Below, piece after piece: positions 5,701 through 9,773 of a stretch of DNA of 9,773 bases. The first letter of the stretch is position 1. Each line of letters begins with the position of its first letter. The DNA lies in NCBI GenBank assembly GCA_964586355.1, contig CAZPGO010000014.1, forward strand, positions 1-9,773, in the 5' to 3' direction. Position numbers and translations under genes: made by a program. This DNA is from an uncultured archaeon (GTDB lineage: Archaea > Iainarchaeota > Iainarchaeia > Iainarchaeales > CSSED10-239). Under the pieces are notes generated by a model. That model worked only from the letters and a program-made list of their open reading frames with translations, did not search any database and was not told the origin of the DNA.

Positions 5701-6453
5701 ATGATAGAAAGTTTATGTGCTGGGTTTAATTTTTTAAAAAAAAGAAATACATTAATAATTGCACCTGTTTATTTTGTTTTGATGATCTTAAGTATTACTT
5801 TTTACAATATAATACAAAATGTTTTATTTGTAACTGGTTTTTTTGAGATAACCATACCCAAACCAATATTTTATCCTATATTTCTAAATTCTATGTTTGG
5901 AATTTATTTTTGGTTAGCTATTTTGGGATTGTTTATAATAATGTTCTCATTTAGTTTTATATACTATAATATCTCAAAAACAAACTCAGATAAAGAAAAT
6001 AAAGAAAAACAAAGGGATGGACTAAAAAAGTGTTTTTTTATAACATTAATTGGATTTCTTACTTTTTTTATAATTACTTTTTTAGGGCTTTTATTATTAT
6101 CTTATCTTAATTTAATAACATTTATCTTATTTGTTTTTTTGTTAATTATTGCATTTTTGTTAGTGCTGCTATTTTATTTAACAGTAATATACTCTGGATT
6201 AAATAAATTAACTGTTAAAAAAGCATTTAATAGTGCTTGGTATCTATTAAAAAACAGATTTTGGTTAACTGTTGCTTTTTGTATATTACTTTACTTAGTA
6301 ATATTTATAATTTTGTTTATTTTCTCCATACTTGTTGAAAGAATATTTTTCTTTGATTATACAGCTGCAATGATTTTTGGAGTATTAAGTGTATTTTTAT
6401 CTGTTTTTTATTTTGTTAATTCTTTATCTATTTTTGCAAAAAAATTTATTTAA
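5701..6453 (+). CDS. Polytopic integral membrane protein, hypothetical
   Basis: The tracked start at 5671 is GTG and overlaps the upstream gene. The ATG at 5701 is preceded by ATAGGAAAAGATAAG (AGGA) and is preferred (250 aa). The protein has about 6 hydrophobic helices. Two similar amphipathic segments each precede a helix bundle (LCAGFNFLKKRNTL and VKKAFNSAWYLLKNRFWL), hinting at an internal duplication. Confidence 0.8.
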   Translation: MIESLCAGFNFLKKRNTLIIAPVYFVLMILSITFYNIIQNVLFVTGFFEITIPKPIFYPIFLNSMFGIYFWLAILGLFIIMFSFSFIYYNISKTNSDKENKEKQRDGLKKCFFITLIGFLTFFIITFLGLLLLSYLNLITFILFVFLLIIAFLLVLLFYLTVIYSGLNKLTVKKAFNSAWYLLKNRFWLTVAFCILLYLVIFIILFIFSILVERIFFFDYTAAMIFGVLSVFLSVFYFVNSLSIFAKKFI

Positions 6454-6469
6454 TTTTTTTTTATTTTTT
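6454..6469 (+). terminator. T9-A-T6 tract directly after the membrane-protein stop codon; candidate terminator
   Basis: The T tract begins at the first base after the TAA stop at 6451-6453. Confidence 0.35.
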
Positions 6470-6536
6470 AAAAAAGAGATCTAATTTCTATAAATAGATA
6501 AAAATTATTTTTTTAAGAAAAAGAAAAAATTTTTAC

Positions 6537-6544
6537 AAAAAAAA
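6537..6544 (-). terminator. U8 tract about 11 nt 3' of the rRNA processing helix; candidate rRNA transcript terminator
   Basis: An A8 run on the plus strand at 6537-6544 lies downstream, in rRNA sense, of helix strand 6555-6583. Confidence 0.3.
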
Positions 6545-6554
6545 TTACAAAGAA

Positions 6555-6583
6555 AAGAGAATTGGTATTAGTTTATTGCACTA
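6555..6583 (-). other. 3' (trailer) strand of the pre-23S processing helix
   Basis: Trailer RNA UAGUGC-AAU-AAACUAAUACCAAUUCUC(UU) pairs with leader RNA (AG)GAGAGUUGGUAUUAGUUU-GCACUA encoded at 9693-9718. This gives 18-20 bp, a 3-nt AAU bulge in the trailer, then 6 bp. Confidence 0.85.
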
Positions 6584-6638
6584 TTTTTGTAAGATATAAC
6601 CACTAACTGCGTACTTATTTCTAAAATCAAATTTCTTA

Positions 6639-9637
6639 CCTTTGATTTTAACTCGGACCCTTAGTATCAGAAAACTGAAATGGTCGTTTTGACACTTCCA
6701 TCTTACATTACTGACCTATCAAACCGGTCTTCTACCGGAGTCCTCGTTCTATATCTCTATAGAAATGGCTGTCTCGTCTTAGGGACTGCTTCGAGCTTAG
6801 ATGCTTTCAGCTCTTATCAGTTAAAGCGTAGCTACCCGACAGTGCCTTGTCAGACAATCGGTACACCAGAGACTTCGACACACCGTTCCTCTCGTACTAA
6901 ATGTATCTTTCCTTCAGACAGCCTGCGCTGCCAATAGATAGGAACCAAACTGACTCGCATCGTTCTTAACCCAGCTAACGTACGGCTTTAATGAGTGAAC
7001 ACCTCCACCCTTGGCTATTTGTGCCCAGCCAGGATGCCGTGAGCCGACAGCGAGGTAGCAAACCGCGGGGTCGATGTGAACTCTTACCCGCGACAACCCA
7101 GTTACCCCCAGGGTAAATTTACTGTCAGACTAGGCCCCCACTAATAGGGACACTAGCGTTCGCTAGACCCAAGTTTCCTTCCTGCGTTTCGTGCTTTGAG
7201 AAACACAGTTAAGCATGCTTTTGGTCTTGTCCTCTACAGCAGATTTCTGACCTGCTTGAGCATACCTTTGGACACCCCTGATATTCTTTCAGGGGTGTAC
7301 CGCCCCAGTCAAACTACCTGATCAAATGTTGTCCGCTTACAAAGAAGCGTTGAGTCATGGTTTTCATACTAGATGGTGTTACATTGTTGTCTATCTAGCC
7401 CCTAGCGAGACTAGCATCAGCGACTCCCATCTACACTCTATAGTATAAAAAACATAACAACATCAGACTGTAGTAAATCTCCATGGGGTCTTATCCTCCC
7501 ATTGGCAGTTCGTGGCGTATTCACCACGTGTGCAAGTTCACTAGGTTTAAATTAGGGACAGCGGAAATCTCGTTACTTCCTTGGTGCAAGCCGACAATTA
7601 ATCGGCAAGGTATTACGCTACCATGAGAGCCTCAGAGTTAGGCCCGCTCTTTACCAGCGCTTGGATCAGTTGAACCTGATATTCACGTACTAGCAGTGAG
7701 CAGAGGTCAGTGACTATACACACCGTTTCCGGCTAGCAGTCACCTGTGTTTTTGCTAAACAGTCGGACTTCCCTAGTTACTAAGACTTACAGTTTACTCA
7801 ACCGTAAGCACCCCTTATACCTAAGATACAGGGCTAATATTGCCGAATTCCCTTAATTTAATTATCCTATTACGCCTTAGCTTACTCAGCTAGAGACACC
7901 TTTCTCGGTTCTTGGTACGAGCAATAAACCACATTATAGTTCTCTTTTCAAGGGCTCTTGGCCTCGATAAAAGATTTCTCCCATTTGTATCTTTAACCTA
8001 TTTCTCATCATTATGATCCTCCATAGGTCTATAATACTTAGATGTGCAGACAAGCACACTCCACCTTGCCAAAAGCGTTAAAAACTATACTTGCGTTACC
8101 ACACGTGATTTATTGGTACAGGAATATGAACCTGTTTCCCTTTCGATGTTTGCCGTATTACGGGTCATCTTAGGATCGACTTACCCTTAGCTAAAGATTA
8201 GTGCTAAGGAACCCTTGCCCCTTCGGCGGAAATGATTCTCACATTTCTTTGATGTTACTATCGCGAGGATCCATATCTTTGGCAGATCCACAGGATATTA
8301 CTACCCTACTTCTGCTCTACCAAAGCACCTATCTATCAGATCACAAATTGCTTGTGCTCTGTGATATCGGTGGTTAGTTTAGCCCCGTTAATTTTCAGCG
8401 CATCTGTCCTAGATTGGTGAGCTATTACGCACTCTTTAAAGGATGGCTGCTTCTGAGCCAACCTCCCAATTGTCTGAGGACAAAAACTACTTTCCAGTTA
8501 ACACTTAACTAACACTTAAGGACCTTAATCACAGTCTGGGTTTTTTCCCTCTCGGAGAAGCAGCTTACCCGCCCCCCCCGACTCCAGCCTTCAACGACAA
8601 TAATACATTCGGAGTTTGACAAGAAAGCCGAAAATTTCTTCCCGATACTTTCTAATCAGTATCTCTACCATATTATTAGTCTCCAGCCAGGCTATCCTAA
8701 GGGATATCTCGATAGGAACCCGCTATCACCAGATTCGATTACTCTCTCAGTACTATTCCCAAGTCACACAATCAGTTAGACTAGAACTGCTTCGGACCTC
8801 CAGCAACCAGTCGGTCGCCTTCATCCTGCTCAGGAATTTATCATCTGGTTTCGGGTCATTTTCTAGTGACTAAAGGCACAGTTAATACCTCTTCCCTGAA
8901 TTAAAAATCTGCGGAAAATCGGTTTCCCTACGACACCATGATGTAACATCACTTCGTCTTGCCACTAAAAAATACTCCCTCGCCCGTGCTTCGTGACGGA
9001 TAGTGTAACCCTGTTCCCATAACACTTGCTTTTGCAGTTACCCACAATCACTCATGTGCTATGATCAAAACTTTCAGGCCACACCCGAACAGTAGCCAAT
9101 TAATTTCAAGTGCTTGAATTCACCCTCCGTTAGGAGAACTTTTCAACTTTCCCTCTCGGTACTCATTCGCTATCGGTCTTGTAGTATATTTAGGATTAGC
9201 AGTAAGTGCCTGCCATACTTCTGACGCGATATCCAACGCGCCATACTCTTGGTACTTAAAAATCTTCTCAAATATCTTATACCTACGGGACTATCACCCT
9301 CTTTGGTTAAGCTTTCCAGAAAAATTCGGTTTTGAATTCAAGAAGTAAATAAGCCAAAACACCCCACATGTCTTTTATATTACTATAAAAGATTCGGTTT
9401 GTCCTTTGCCGTCTTCGGTCGACCCTACTACCGGCATCACTATTGTTTTCTTTTCCTCTAGGTACTAAGATGCTTCAATTCCCTAGGTTCCCTTCCAGAC
9501 TTTAACATCTGGATAATTCGAGCATCTTGGGATCAAAGGCTGCATGCGCCTACCCCAAGCTTATCGCAGCTTGCCACGCTCTTCATCGGTCTACAAGCCA
9601 AGTTATCCATTAATTGGCTCTATATAAAATCAAAGTT
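6639..9637 (-). rRNA. rrl: 23S (LSU) rRNA, archaeal type, apparently complete (about 3.0 kb; ends +/- 15 nt)
   Basis: The reverse complement contains several conserved LSU elements. The 5' domain has GAUGAAGAGCGUGGCAAGCUGCGAUAAGC (9559-9587). The GTPase-centre region has GCAGCCAUCCUUUAAAGAGUGCGUAAUAGCUCAC (about 8417-8450). The PTC has GGGGGUAACUGG (about 7097-7109) and CCUCGCUGUCGGCUC (7041-7055). The A-loop has GGUGUUCAC (about 6995-7003). The sarcin-ricin loop is AGUACGAGAGGAAC (6885-6898), and GCUGAAAGCAUCUAAG lies at 6796-6811. Helix 1 pairs 9625-9635 with 6640-6650. GC content is visibly much higher than in the flanks. Confidence 0.97.
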
Positions 9638-9692
9638 TTGTGTAAGAAATCATAAATTTTAGAATAATTACCTTAATGATTACTTTTACACG

Positions 9693-9718
9693 TAGTGCAA
9701 ACTAATACCAACTCTCTC
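9693..9718 (-). other. 5' (leader) strand of the pre-23S processing helix
   Basis: Reverse-complementary to 6555-6583 (see that feature). It lies about 55 nt upstream of the mature 5' end. Confidence 0.85.
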
Positions 9719-9773
9719 ATCCCGTAAATATGTTTTGTAAAAAACGGTCAAATTCCTTCTAAAAAAGTTTAGA

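Noticed and set aside
8570-8583. C-rich run cccgccccccccg
   Set aside because: It lies inside the 23S rRNA as the antisense of a G-run in the rRNA. I see no independent feature.
6680-8873. ORFs 6680-6937 (+), 6914-7096 (-) and 8616-8873 (+)
   Set aside because: All lie inside the 23S rRNA gene. They are open frames by chance in GC-normal structural RNA. There is no sign of an intron or homing-endonuclease-sized insertion, since the rRNA length is normal.

Overview
The window is very AT-rich apart from one GC-normal block, which is a complete large-subunit rRNA gene. The 23S sequence type, a long rRNA processing helix, a box C/D sRNA and TATA-like or leaderless starts point to a small-genome, DPANN-like archaeon; that lineage call is inference. 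Minus strand, right to left: a stand-alone 23S rRNA (about 6639-9637) bracketed by a 24-26 bp processing helix. Next comes a tightly packed four-gene cluster of uncharacterised proteins: an N/Q-rich protein with an HTH-like C-terminus, a PIN-domain protein, a winged-helix-like protein and a small TM peptide. After that lie a divergent RpiA-like gene, an elongator-type tRNA(CAU) and a GltPh/SLC1-family amino-acid transporter. Plus strand: a single-pass surface protein and a polytopic membrane protein. The most interesting signal is an unannotated box C/D sRNA at 2494-2559 (+), in the 117-nt gap between two minus-strand genes. Its D' guide is complementary to the A-loop of the 23S gene in this same window, and the N+5 rule selects the E. 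coli U2552 equivalent. Its D guide matches the universally conserved SSU decoding-centre sequence and selects the C1402 equivalent. I saw no CRISPR array, transposase, integrase or obvious prophage or defence hallmark genes. All functional calls rest on motif recognition by eye, with no database search.
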